Source: Paragordius varius
Lineage: Eukaryota; Animalia; Nematomorpha
Assembly (NCBI GenBank): GCA_964247055.1
Contig: OZ176059.1
Span: 2,108,001-2,172,000, forward strand
Length of the DNA stretch: 64,000 nt
Reading direction: 5' to 3'
Below, one piece after another: positions 27,336 to 41,900 of this stretch. The number at the start of each line of letters is the position of its first letter. Positions within the stretch are counted from its first letter, which is position 1. A model generated the notes under the pieces. It was given only the letters and a program-made list of their open reading frames with translations, was not told where the DNA came from and did not search any database. The translations under genes were made by a program, and so were the position numbers.

Positions 27336-29780
27336 TTAAAAATATTACTTATGTTAATACACCCATATCGAAAATTTAGCGCACATAATGGTAAATCATT
27401 CGTTTATGGTGGAGACTTATTGTAAATTTTGTTAATCTTCATAACTCATATTTAAATCTTAAATACTAATAAAAACCGACATACAGTCATATATTTTATG
27501 TTAGGTGAACAATGTATTGATTTTTTATGAAATTTTCAGTATCGTTTCTTTAATAGCTTACACCTCCGAAATAGCAGCAAATAATTTGAAATTAATTTTA
27601 AATCATGCCTTGTTTACAATAAAAGATATAAAAATAAAAATCTAGCATACTATATTCCTTATAAGCGAAGCGTCCAATACATATGATTGCTGTTTCTTAT
27701 CATTATTTTACCTAAAAAATGCAGGCAAACAATCCTTTATTAATAAAAAAATTATTCACAAACGTACTCAAATTAAAAGGGACAACTTATATCAAATTTA
27801 TAACATTAAGTACAATATCCATTCACACTTCGAATTCACTCTAGAACAATTCAAATTCACCCTTGGACAATTCTTATTCACGCTAAAATAAATTATGTGC
27901 TCTTTAAGATTATTTCTTATCTATATTTTTAAAAAATGAAAATTGTTTAATATTAAATAATACTGAAAAAATAATATGCCATAAAGATTTATTGCATAAT
28001 AATGAGTTGTATTAGCCCGAAAACACATAATTATTTTTAGGGTAAATTTAAATTGTTCAAGGGTGAATATTTATTTCTTTATAAGAAATGTGGCTATCTT
28101 ACCGCAAAGATATTTTAATGGTTTGCGTACAGTGCAGGGAAACCCCTATTATCAAAATTATTTAATGATATTTTATTGTCAACTTGTTTTTCAAATAGTT
28201 TATTATGTAATGCCAAAGGTATATTAAATTTGTTTTTGGAATGATATTGTGTCATCAAATACAGTGTAGCGTATGGTTTATAAAAAAGGTTTGCCATTGT
28301 TTAAGCATAACTTATGTTGATACATTGGAAAGTAATTGTTAAACGCCATTCGTTGTTTGATATCATACGCTACTGTAATAATAATTAAAGTTAACTTTTT
28401 TATTTAGCTACATAAAAATTAATATGGTGGTTACAGTTCCTGTAATATATTTTCTTGTGCTATACAGCCTTAAAAAATTTGAGTCTTGGTGTAATGTTGA
28501 AAATAATTTGAACAAATAACAAAAATAATATAATCACAAAAATATATAAATAAATAAAAATGGTGATAGATAGATATACAATATATAATTAACAATTTTT
28601 CCATAAATATCAATCACATTGCTAAATATGTTATATAATAAAATTAACAAAAAATTAATTTATCTATTGGTTGATTTTTTGGATGAATGCCATCAACTTT
28701 TTCTATTTTCGTTTTCACCTATAAAATATGATAAATATTTAACTTGTATTTATAAATTTCAAATAAAATTTTCTTTTAATTTAAGATATATGCATTTCAA
28801 AAAAAAACTCAATTAAAATTGGGTTAGTCTCTTAATCATCTCACCTTATAAAAGAAAATTATTTGATTCATTAACGGTTGATTAGCCTTTTATCCATATT
28901 TCAAAAATATATATTTAATACATCTATATAAAAAATTAGGGTTTAATAAAAAATATCATATCAAACTTTTTAGGACCAATTATTGATTGTATAAAAATGA
29001 AATGGTTCAATATTTTACAGTTAAATTAAATGTTGTAACTACCAGGGTTGGGTAGGTTAAAAAAATAACCCGTCTAAAAAATCACTTATAAAAGCGCCAT
29101 TGTTCATGGTATTCAAAAGTTAAGGTTTAAAAAAGATGGTTGTTTTTTGAAAAATATATGTCTTATATTTATACATTTTGTCCGTATAATTTCAATTTTT
29201 ACTTCTTTATTGCGACGGAATATCAAACCAAAAACAAAGTTAATCATTGGAATAGCTTTTTATAGTGTGGTAAATTGTATATTATTATACACTATTTTGA
29301 TAAAATGTTTTAATTTTGTTATATTACATTTGTTTTATACCATATCAAATCATGTCAAATATTAACTTCAATATTTTTTATATCATCTCAGAATAAATAT
29401 AATTTATATTTCGTTTTAAATTGAAAAAAATTTCTAAAGTTTTATATATAGCATCAATACAATACTCGCTTTATTGTAGGCCATTTGGCAATACAGTAGC
29501 GTTTGGTATAAAACAAATTTCGTCCATAATTAAATAAATAAATTTAGTGTTGTAAGGCAGACATAAATTGTTTAAATTAGACCATTAGTAATTTTTCACC
29601 CATATACTGTTTTACCACCATTTGGTCAAAAATATGAATTGGCAAACAATAGAATGGGTATTGCAGAATTGTCTAACCGCAATCAAAATTTTAATGCAAA
29701 AGAGCGGTGTTTTGCTAAATACTATACATAAGGGGGGTATTTAAAAAAATTACCTCCTATTTTTATTTAAAATAAAATTA

Positions 29781-30790
29781 TCATTCATTCCTGGGGGAAG
29801 AGTGTTTAGCATTTACCCCATTAGAATGTGGAAAATTTTGTTTTGCTGGTATTATACTATGAGTATGGATAACTTTGTCATCTCCTCTATCATTATTAAT
29901 ATTTTCATCATTGTTTTGATCAAAATAATTTTGTACAAAACCATTTTTTTTATTCATATTCATCTCACGGTTAAGAAAAGTATTATCTTGATTTATTTCC
30001 ACTTCTTCAGGATTTTGAGCAAGACTTACTAATTTATGCTTTCCAAAAACTTTTGTGGTGAATTGGTTATAAAGTGACATTCTACGAGACAGACTTTTGG
30101 CTGCAGTAACTTGACTCCCTTTACTATTTATACTCGTAACTGTGGTATTAGTTTTATCAAAACCACTTAAATCATTTACATCATCATCACCATTGAAATT
30201 ATTAAAATTATCATTATTTGTCATAGAAAGAGTTAGGGATTTGTCACCAATTAGACTTGCAGGTCTTGGCGTCGTTTGAGATATTACCTTTGACTTATTT
30301 GACAGTGTGGTTGAAAGAGGTGATGAAATATAATGATGATCTAAGGTAGGATCATTAACTAAACCTTAAAATATTAAAACAAAAAAAAACAATTGTATAT
30401 AATAAATTGATTATAAGATGGGATGTGTATAGACACAGGACCCTGTAGTAAATAAATATTTGAGACTTAAGACAAAATTTATGGTGAAAAAAATATATTT
30501 TAAAAAAGAGTTAATGAACCATATTTATGAAAAGGGTGAGACGTCAAACAAGCAATATAAATGCAAACAAATAAAAAGTTCAAAAAACAGCAGACGAATG
30601 CGTGCGAAACGGCGAAAATACAAAATTTACATAATTATCTTCATGAGTTAGTTAGATCTTATATTAATGCAAAATGTTTTGATTTTTTCATAAATAAAAT
30701 ATATCATGCTTATTCTATTAGATCGGGGGTATCACACACAAATGGCTTGGTGGGCCGCATTTTCGACCCAAAAAACTAACGGGCCGCACT

Positions 30791-30827
<37 letters not shown>

Positions 30828-33800
30828 GAACATTTGTTAATATTTTGTTTAATTTTACACACAAGACTGTATTATAGAATATAAACAGAAAAAAAATTTT
30901 TTGTTCCTTGCCAATTAAATAGACTTGTTCAGAAAATTTGAATAAGAAACATCAATTATACTAAAATTGTGTAAGCATGATTTAAAAAATTCAAACTTCC
31001 AAATTTTTTGCTGGTCTCACATAATATCTTGGAGGGCCGCGTGCTGGAGACCCCTTGAATTGGATTATAAATTAATTAATGAACGATAATAATAAATACA
31101 ATCCCATTAAATGGCCCTGCTTAATATGTAAAAAAGTCAAAACCAACGCAATCCAATGCCTCAAATGTAAAAAATGGGTCCACAAAAAATGCTCTCAGTT
31201 GAAATCGCTAAAATTACATCACGATTTTATATGCAGCAATTGCACCACGCCCAACCCAACTAAGCCTCCACAAAGTGTACGTAATGAAGAACCTTTTGAA
31301 ACAGTACAAAGTTTCACATATTTGGGTGATATTATAAGCGCTGGTGGGGACCTTGAACCAACCATCAATAACCGTATAAAAGCCTGGTCAAAATACTACC
31401 ATCCCAAAAGTATTATAAACAATAAATACATCTCATTCAAATCCAAATCGACTATGTACACCACCACCATACGACCCGTTCTAATTTACGCAACCGAAGC
31501 TATGGCTTTAACCAAAACAAATTCACTAAAGTTACAAGCGGAATGGATAATTCTAAAAACTATACTTTATGCTACAAACCCAAACCTCTATAATTACAAT
31601 AATAAATTTGATCCATATACTGTCCCACAAATGACTCCGCTTATCGACTGTTTGCGCACAAATCGTCTGAGATTTGCGGGACATGTTCACCGACGCCCAC
31701 ATGAAAGTTGGCTATACCGCACTGATGGTCAATTTTTCTACAAGTTTGCGAAATCGTAAAGGACGTCCATTACAAAGTTGGCTTTCTATTGTGGAAAACG
31801 ATCTGGCTATTTTAAACCTGAAAATTGATGATGCACAGGACCGATGCTCATGGCGTAAATCTATCCGAAGGGTTACCTTCTTGTTGGAAGAAAAAAACCC
31901 TTAAAGGTTGATATTCTTTGTTTTACTTTTATATGTTGAATATTTTAGGTTATGTCGCTTAAAATAGAAAATTGGCAAAAATATTGATCATTTTAATGTC
32001 TTTCGTTTTGGTATATATATATGAATAAAAACATATTTATACAATTTTTCCTCATTATCCACAAATATTCTACAATATATATTAATCCAAAATAACTAGA
32101 ATAATATTTTTGAATATATTACATATATATGTATATATTACCATTTTTAACGGACATTTTGGCAGAGTGTCCATTATTTGAAGATGAATTATTTTTATTT
32201 TGTTGTTGCTTATGGACGTGTTTTGTCTTGTGTTTCAGCATAAATGATCTTTTTAACCAATTCATATCCTAGGCATAAAAAATATGTAGTTTGAATTTAA
32301 AAACCTAAGGAGAAAATTTTATAATAAAGAAATAAAAGCAATACTAAAATATGCCAAGGAAACAGTTAACTTTAACGATTTTGGGTAAAATCTTAAAGTA
32401 CAAAACTTTTTGATCATTTTAATAATTAGGCAGGTAAAAAAATTATAATAACCATCCTAGCTCCAATAATTTTTAAATTTTTACAACTTTAAAGTTTAAG
32501 GGAAATTTGGCATGTGTCACAATTACCCTATATAAAACAATAAGTTTTTGTAAACTTTGGTATAACCTGAATATGTCGCCTTATTTTTATATAAATCTGG
32601 TTGTCTTTTGAAACGGAACTTGTCTTTAAATTTTTACATTATGTCCGTATAATAACAATTTTTACTGTATATAGGTTTGTCCAATTTTAGTTTTATCATA
32701 AGGTTTAAGTAAACTTAAAGTTCATTTGGCTTAAAACCTAAACCAATTTTTAATTCAAAATATATTTTCTTCGTAGACGTTTTATTTTTTTAAATTTCAA
32801 CAAAATGGATATTTAAGATTTATATAGAATTATCTATTTTAAAATGGATTAAAAGCATTCAAAAATTGTATTGGGGAATGAAAATTAATGCTTTCTTATT
32901 GCATTTTGTGTATGGAGTACTAAGGCTACATTTTGGTTTTTAAGATACGTTTTTATCATAGATTGTGACAGAGAAATATATTTGTGCGAAATAAATCGGG
33001 ATTAACCACAAGTTGAGTCACATTCATCTATTTTATGTATATATATATCATTTATAGTTCAAATTCACCCTTGAACCCTTGAACAATTCAATTTACCGTA
33101 AAATAAATTATGTTTTTTATAATGGTAATGAACGGATTGTTTATGTTTTGTAATAACAGTTGTTAAAATCCGTAATTTATAATTTCATTTAATATCTCTT
33201 TAATTATCCTTTATGTTTTTTATAGTTAAATATTACCCATATTTTTTTTATATTTTTAAAGAATGAAAATTTGTTAATATAATTCTGAAAAAATATAACC
33301 TATGCCAAGAATATTATTAATGATAAGTTTTATTAGCCCGAAAACAGATAATTATTTTTTAGGGTGAATTTGAATTGTAAATCGTATATATATAGCTTAA
33401 AAATAAATTATGTATTACAATACCATATAAAATTAAATAATAAGTTTATGATATTTTGCTAAATGTATCTTCAAATCATCTCAAGTTTTTATAAATCCTT
33501 TCATTACATAAATCTGAAATTCAATGAAAATTGTTCTATACAGTGTTCGTCAACTATGTGCATATGAATGCCCATTTGACAAGCTAAAATTAAAATTAAC
33601 GAAATATCCATACCCTTTAACGTCTAATATGATTTTTTGCAATTCCTTATATCAAAGCGATTTTTGAATAACATTAAATGCAGAAAGAAGAAGTTCAATA
33701 AAAGAATTATATTTATATCTTTTCATTGGTTTTGTACCCTGAGTGAGTTTGAATTTATAGATCGAAAATGTGTAAATGGTTTAGAGATGTTTTGTCCAGG

Positions 33801-36800
33801 TTTTTTTATATAAAACTAAAAAACTCCCAAATAACACATGTAAGTTGGGAACGTATGCTTTGTTATTATCGAAAAGGGCTTTCCTTACATAAAAACACAA
33901 TTAGATTCAATCGTGAAGATTATGGAATATTCCAGTCTTTCTTTATATTGAAACATGCAGTGTTCAACACGGTTAATAAATATTCATAATTTTAGGTAGG
34001 CTTGAAATTAAATCACATGGTTAAATAAATAGGGGTGTAACAAGTATCCTTTAATGATTGGAGGCATGCCAAGGCTCCCAAAGAATCCTACGAACTCGTG
34101 AAAAAAAGATCCTTAGAATGTGTAAATTAAACAAGGGATCAATGGAACGTTATTTATTGGTGACCGTAAAGTAGTTAAATAATGACATTATTTAGGTGTA
34201 CTATTATGGCTTGCGGGCTTGCAGAGTAGGTTGCCCCTAAGTAATTATGGCTGTTTTTTATGCAACAGCAGAGCTCTTGTCAATCGGATCAAATGTTTGT
34301 GTAAGGGAATCCTTATTGATATTAACAAAATATAAGTTCCCAGTTTACATATCACATTGGGAGTTTTTTCAGTTTTTATGAAAAAAAAAACTTGGAAAAA
34401 AATCTGATTCGTTTAATAAGCATTTTCATACCAAGTTTAAACTGAACCAACCTAAAGCAGAGGCAGGCCGGAGTGGTAACAAAACCCGTAATTAAATATA
34501 CATATATAGATAGTTCTTTTATTATGAACTTCTTTTGACTCAGAAAGTAAGAGGCAAACATTTGATGCTTTATGCAAAAATTTGATTCTGCGTTTTTAGA
34601 ATATGTTTATCATAATTATAAGATTACACAAATATTGCCTCGATATAAAGGATAGGCAAAAAAGTTCATTGGAAGTTTTTAGGATATGGGTATTATTTCG
34701 TGATTGTAATCTATATATTTATAAAAATGGAAAATGCTGGCTTTGTTATCTGTTTCCGGAAAACCGGTAGACCAATTGGAATCCAAATATCGAAAAAATC
34801 TAATCATTAATGAATGCCCTTACAATAGCTTCGCCCTTATTTTGAATTACAGGTCGGGGCCACCCCGTGTAAACGGTTTTTTTTTTGAAAACAGAAGTCC
34901 ACAAAATCGTGTCTTTGAGACAATTTTCCAGAAAACGTGTTGGCCCATTCAATTTCAAATATAATTTTTGTTTGGTTATTTTCGATTGCGCCGAACATAG
35001 TCGGCTCGCTTTTTTAATTTAGCCCCTCTTTTTACCTGCTCCCCCGTAAAACGCCATTTTTTTTAAAAAACAAATTCCTCAAAAATAATTTTTTGAATCT
35101 ATTTTTCGTCCAAGTAAACAATATGTATAAATGCACCGTTTTAAAATTCCTATGAACCCCCCCCCTTCCCCCCAGAATTCCGAAGAACTTCCTCGGGTTG
35201 CGTAGCAGGACGAGATTTACGCTAGTTGTAATATATACTATTTGCCATGAAAATGTACATTTCCATTGAAATGTATTGGATTACAATCAAATGGGTGAAC
35301 GGATGATGCCCCAAGACTTGTGATAAGATTTGAAAATTATAGATACAACCAAAAAATATTATAAGTATGTTATCCGATTTCATATCGAATTATAATACAG
35401 AATTCATATATATATATATATAAATATATGCTATTTAACAATAATTAATTAACAATATATACTTTTACTCATATTGTAAATTTATTTAGAATAAATATGT
35501 CCTGTCACAATCTATGTAAAAAATAAACACCAAAATGTAGTACCCATACATGATATATCACTCGTAAAAAGTATAAATCAACAAGCTATTTTGAAAATAT
35601 TATAGCATTTAAGCCATTTTAAAACTGTAGCAAAATTGAGAGAGTTACGCATTCATTATAAAATTTATTAAAAATTAAGCTGAAATGCGTATCTTATAAA
35701 AAAATATAAATTTTAATTTTCGACATCGAAAAAAATTGAAATATATATATATATATATTGAAATTTTTTAAAACTGACTTTTTAACTAATACATAACAAT
35801 TCTGGCTGGTATCATTAAATACATTTCAATTATTAAAGTATGGACAAAAAAAAAAAGTTTAACAAAACTTGATAAGCTTAAAAAAGGGAGGATAGTATAT
35901 CCTTATTATAAACAGATTATCATCACACAAGTCATTAATAGTTTTTTTAGAGAAATGGTGTTTGTTATACTAAAATGCACATTATGAATCGCTGAGTGCC
36001 AATTTTAATATATAACATATTAATAATTCCATTTTTGATGTCGTTAAAAAAATTTTATAAAAAAAACTTTTAAAATTTTCGTTTTAATACCAATCCTATG
36101 CAGTTACTACTAGATCCAGCGCTTATATAGTTAGCTGGAAAACAACGCGTCTCCAAAAAGATACAATGTTAATAATGGTCTACATATTAGAACGATATAA
36201 CCAATCAAAATAACTATAACAAATACTAACACATATCCTGAATTATTCGTAGTTAAACTAGATATTAAATCCAAATCCAAATTAAAAAACAAAAATACCT
36301 TGATATGGACTTTATCGAAGTCACTTTTCGATTTTTGTCGGGTAGGAACCGGTACTGAGGGTGGAGCTTGCACCTTAGGGCAAAATTCTACCCTTTGATC
36401 ATTCATACGTGCATTCTGTGCTGCGTAAATTTGTTCAAACAGCTGACTAGTTTCATCCATGAACGTTTTAGCTTCCTTGGAAACAACAATGTTTGGCATA
36501 TCAGGTGACTTATGTGCTTTTTGTGCCTTTTTTGGTAAAATATCCTTATTATCTTGAAAAGTATTAGGATTATTTGTATGTACTAAATCATATGTAGATG
36601 ATATAGGTTGTCCCTTATGAGGGTATACAAATATTGGTTCTGTCCCCCTAACATGGCCGGTTTCAATATGGTTGACTGTCGCATTTTCTATGGCATTTCT
36701 ACGTTCACACGTTTTATCAACACAAGTCTCGTCTTTAAAGGGTGCGATACTTGAGTTTTCATGACTAAATTTTGCCGTATTTGCTTTAGTAGCGGTAAAA

Positions 36801-37778
36801 TTTATATCTCCAATATTTTTTATGGGTAATGATTCAAACTTTGGTGTAGTCATATCAAAATTATCACATTTAACCATATTGCTTGTGGAAAAGTTGGAAA
36901 ATTCCTTCAAAGAATGCGATGATATCATAGATGTTGGAGTTTGGTTTTTATCTCCTTGCTCTTGCTTGCAAGTGATAAGAGTACAACAAGTATTTACTCG
37001 ATTTGTTCGATCCACTACGCAATCGTATTTTTGTCGTCCGCTATCAAAATCAGCTGATTGGTCCGCTAAACCATGGTTACCATGGAAACGATAAGCTTGA
37101 CAAGTTGTATCATGTGGTTCCATATGTTCCATACTATAGTAACGCCTTCGTACTCCTTGTTGAGGAGTTTGAGTGTTGCCTCGTGAGCTTTGATTAACAA
37201 AAGCAATTATAGGAGTACTGATTGTATGCATAAATGGCGATGATAACGCTTTTTCTATCCTAATTGATTCGTCTATGTAAAATAAATTAAATGAATAAAA
37301 TAAAAACTTGTAGAAATATTTTGATCGACGTACAAATGTTTAATAAAAGGTAAATTTTACTAGGAAGGAAATATATATATTAATTTATTTTATACTTAAA
37401 AAAAGGTAAATATACGAAATTCAGTGTATATATGTGTTTCGGGCTTTTTTTTGCGAAAAAAATTAACTATCAATTATTAGCTCATGATGTAGATTTACAT
37501 TATTCCAATATCTAACTAGTTTTTAGTAGGTAATAAGTTTAAAGTTAGATAAGAAAATTGTTCGCCCATCTAAGTTGGAGTTAAATTTTTAATGAAATCT
37601 TAAATTAACAATTTTTCTTGGTAATAAAAAACTGTAAAACCTTAATATATTATTGTAAAAAAATGAAACAAAAATTTTTTACGCATAATAAATCATAAAA
37701 TAATTTTTTGGCTAAATTGGTGCGGATGAGTCCCCCTGTGTTTAACCTATAATGTGGGCATTAAAGATATGAAATTTA

Positions 37779-37852
<74 letters not shown>

Positions 37853-38924
37853 AAATTTTATATTTAAACTAGTTCTAAACACCCAAAACAGCTTTATTGT
37901 TATTACTTAACATAAGTTTATAATTATATATTAATCATAACCATTTATAATTCAAATTTACCCTTGAACAATTCAAATTCCCCCCTCGAACAATTCAAAT
38001 TCACCTTCGAATACAAAATACGTTTTTTAAGATTAAAATTACTTATATTTTTATGTATTAATAAAGATAAAAATTATTTAATTAAATTTGCAATAAAGAT
38101 ATATTTAATATTAATAATGAGTTATTTTAGTTCCAAAACAAATAATTTATTTTTAGGGTGAATTTGAATTGTTCAAGGAATTTGAATTGTTTAAGGGTGA
38201 ATTTAAACTGTAAATGGTATATCATTTAAGTTAAACTATTAATTTACACATTTCAATAGAAATCAACATAAAATTAACTTGGTTCAAAAAAACACCTAAA
38301 AATAAAACCGCTAAATATATCGATAAAAAATGTAACCAAATTATTTAATGTTTAAAATTTTTTATAATACCATTTTTTGCTTGTTTCTCAATGACAAGGT
38401 CATCACTGGTTGGCGTTACCATTATTTTTTGTTGGGTATCACTAAAAATAAAAACAAAAATAATGATAATATTAAAAAAAATGTTAAATATTATCATTAT
38501 TATTTAATTCTTAATATAAAGTAAAATAATTTATAAATTAATATATAATATATGAAAATTTTTGAGTTCAACAAAGAAAGTAAAGAGTTTATAAAATTTT
38601 TTACTATATAATTTATATTATGAAAAATATATGAATTTTGAAATATAAAAGGTTTGTTTACCCAAAACGAATTCCCAAAATATTTCAGAGGTATTCCTTT
38701 TAGGTGTTGAAAAAGTTTTAAAACTTAAGAAAAAAACCGTATAAAGATTATAAAAAAATTAAGCGTTAAATTATAGAGATTTCTGAGGGTATGGCTTATT
38801 ATTTGGTTATTATCTAATATATTTTACGACAAAATCATATTAATAATAATATTGCAAAAATATAGCTCTTATATTTTTTTCTCTATTAATTATACAAATA
38901 AAAGGACAAAACATAAAATAATTT

Positions 38925-38961
<37 letters not shown>

Positions 38962-41900
38962 GCTAAATATTCCCAGCATCTTACTATATTTTATAATATA
39001 TATATTATCAGTTTTTAGCTATATATCATGCTTTCAAAAAAATTACACAATTTTTTTATAAATATGCATATATATATTCCGGATAACAGTATAGAATGAT
39101 AACAAAAAAACTATGGTCAAAATTATAAATACAGCGTATCCAAAGTTAAAGTATGGAGGAAAAAATTGTTTAATATCAACCATTTGTTGTTTTATACCAT
39201 ACCTTACTGTGAATATTAATATTTTATTATATACATATATATATATATATTTCTAACGGCCAAAAAAAACGAAAAAAGAGGTTAAGACTTAATCCACTTG
39301 GGAAATTAGAAGATTTTATTTTTCCATTCTGTTTACTTAATATCTTATATATATATATATATCTGATTAAAACTAACTGACTATTTATTATGTATAAATA
39401 TATAAGAATATATATATTAAGAAAACTATATAAATGATAATATATGATAAATAGCAAAATCAAAATTCGTATTACAGTAAAGAGAACTATTATTGGCTAA
39501 TTGGGTAATATAAATGGTTAAAATTGCATTTTAATTTAAATGATTGTTGGAATATATAAGATTAAGAATGTAAAATTATTTAAATACTAAAATGGCCATT
39601 AATAGTTCTCGTTACTGTATATTGATATAAAATAATTTTCCCGCCCTCAATGTTAAAAATGGGAAATTATTTTTAAATTGATATCATGCATGGATTTTAG
39701 CAAATTATTGACCAAATTATACGCTTTAAATTAAAAAAATTGAAATTATACTAGGGATAAAACGTAAAAATATAAAGACAAATATTGCTTTCTAAAAGAC
39801 AATCATACTTTTTCAATCTTGATTTTTTAAATATAACTCATTGTTAACTGCATATTATAAAATTGACATGTTTATCCGTAAAACAATCATTTATATTTTT
39901 TATGAAAGTGATTTTAAATAGGATATCTTATAAAATTTTGATTTTTCATATTTTTACGTTTCTTCCGTATAATTTCAATTTTTACTATAAATTCAAATTA
40001 TTGCATGATATATAACAACGGGTTTATAAAATTAAATCAATTTTTTTTATTTGAATAATAATAATTTTTCCTTCACTGTTAACCGATCTAAAATATATAC
40101 AAAAGTAGGTTTCTAAAGCAGATATTTTTTTCAAAGATTATAAAGAAAATATTAATTTTAATCCAAGATAGATAAATGGTTTATTAAACTTAAAACATAC
40201 TTTATTAAAATTCAAAATTCGAAGTGTCAAATCAAATGTAATGATAGTATATACTTTAGAGCCATCATTAAGGTACCAATTTTTGTTAAACTTCTACCAT
40301 CAGCTTCTTCACCATTTGCATTCGCATTCAATTCCCTTTTTGGGGTCCCCAAGTTTTTTTCAACGGCGGTTTTTTTAGCCCTATTAAAGTTATCTGATGA
40401 TGCCATATTATTATTATTACTACTAATATTACTAGTCGTATTTAGCAACATAATTGTGTTATTAAAATCGAAATCAGGCAGCAATGTAATATGATTTTTC
40501 ATCTTTAGAGGAATATGACAAGATTCTTCAATAGGTTGGGATGATTGCTTTAGTTTAAGGTGGTGTTGGTTGTTTGATAAAAAATTTTCATCATTGCTCA
40601 TAGTTTTAGTTGCGCCAAAATCATCTTGTAAACTGTAAAGATTGATCAAATTTTTGAGGCCTGTTAATTCAACGTCCTATATATATGTATATATATAAAG
40701 TTTATTTGATATTTATTGTAATGTAATTAAAGTAAAAAAGAGAAATTATATTGACAAAACGTGTGGTAAAAACATAAAGACAACCATATATTGTATTAGA
40801 AAAAAAGGGCAATCATATAATTAAAGGGTTAAAAACGAATGGGGTTGTCTTTACAAAAAAAAAGGTATTGTCTTATGATTTTTACGTTTCGTCTGCTCTC
40901 CTCTATGATTTTATTTTTTACTGTTTCACTCCAATTTTCATGACAAATTTAAAAAATTAAAACAATTTTTTGTCGTCAAATATCCCAAAGAATCAATCAA
41001 ATATATTCTGTGTCCAACTAAACCCATAAAAAATTTCCATTTACATTTAAAATTATGCTTTCTTTAGCCTGTTAGACGTATAATAAAAAATTTTTTTTTT
41101 AAAAAAAATTATTTGTATTTGACTCAATGTTATTAATACTTTTTAAGATAATGTTTGATTGATTCTGGAGCAAATTAACTTATAGATGAAATATATGTTT
41201 TTGGAAAAATTCTTTTATAACTTTACTATATATCCAAAATTAACCTAGTTAAATAAATTAATTTATAAACCAGAAAAAATGAAAAAGTATGCGTCAAAAT
41301 CATATTCTTAGTAAAACCAGAAACCCGGCCTACTTGTAGGGTAAATTTGATGTGTATTCCACAAGGGTAAAATTTTTAAAATATTAATTAAAGTAATATT
41401 AAATTTAGTGAAGCTATCAAATGTTGAAATTTAAACTGTAAATTATTATATATTATAATGGCATCATCCGTCAAGTTTTAAATCAAGATTATCAATGACA
41501 CTTTAATATTCCAGTTCAAACCCAAAAACTCTATATTACTAAAAAATTTTTTAGTAAAAACATTATTACTTAAGTTAATTTATTTAAATTTCAAAAATTA
41601 ATTTTCAAATAAAAATTAAAAAATATTTGAAAAAATAACCCTTTTCCCCAACTCCCGCGCCAATTCAATGTGGGCCAGCAAGGCATTTATAGCATTCGTA
41701 ATATATGATAATATTAATAATTCTGTTTCTGTATTATTATCATTATTTTTATCGCTTTGTGAATGGGTGGTTGGACAAGTGGCTAAAAACACTAAACTCA
41801 CATAGCAATGATAAATGTTGGAATGTGATACACACTGTCCCCAAATGTCGCAATTTAATCTATAAAAACAACGATTAATAAATATAAAAAAAATACTTCA

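Noticed and set aside
5706-34964. Similar small ORFs at 5706-5942, 6597-6842, 16031-16249 and 34734-34964
   Set aside because: All fall within Helitron copies, in inconsistent frames and strands; there are no Rep/helicase motifs.
36822-37197. Plus-strand ORFs 36822-37094, 37003-37197 and 29802-30032
   Set aside because: Antisense shadows of GPSM coding exons.
37950-38005. CRISPR-like 21-bp repeats (caattcaaattcacccttgaa), also at about 52520-52620
   Set aside because: Head-to-tail with no unique spacers, mirrored in the opposite arm of a MITE, eukaryotic context and no cas genes.
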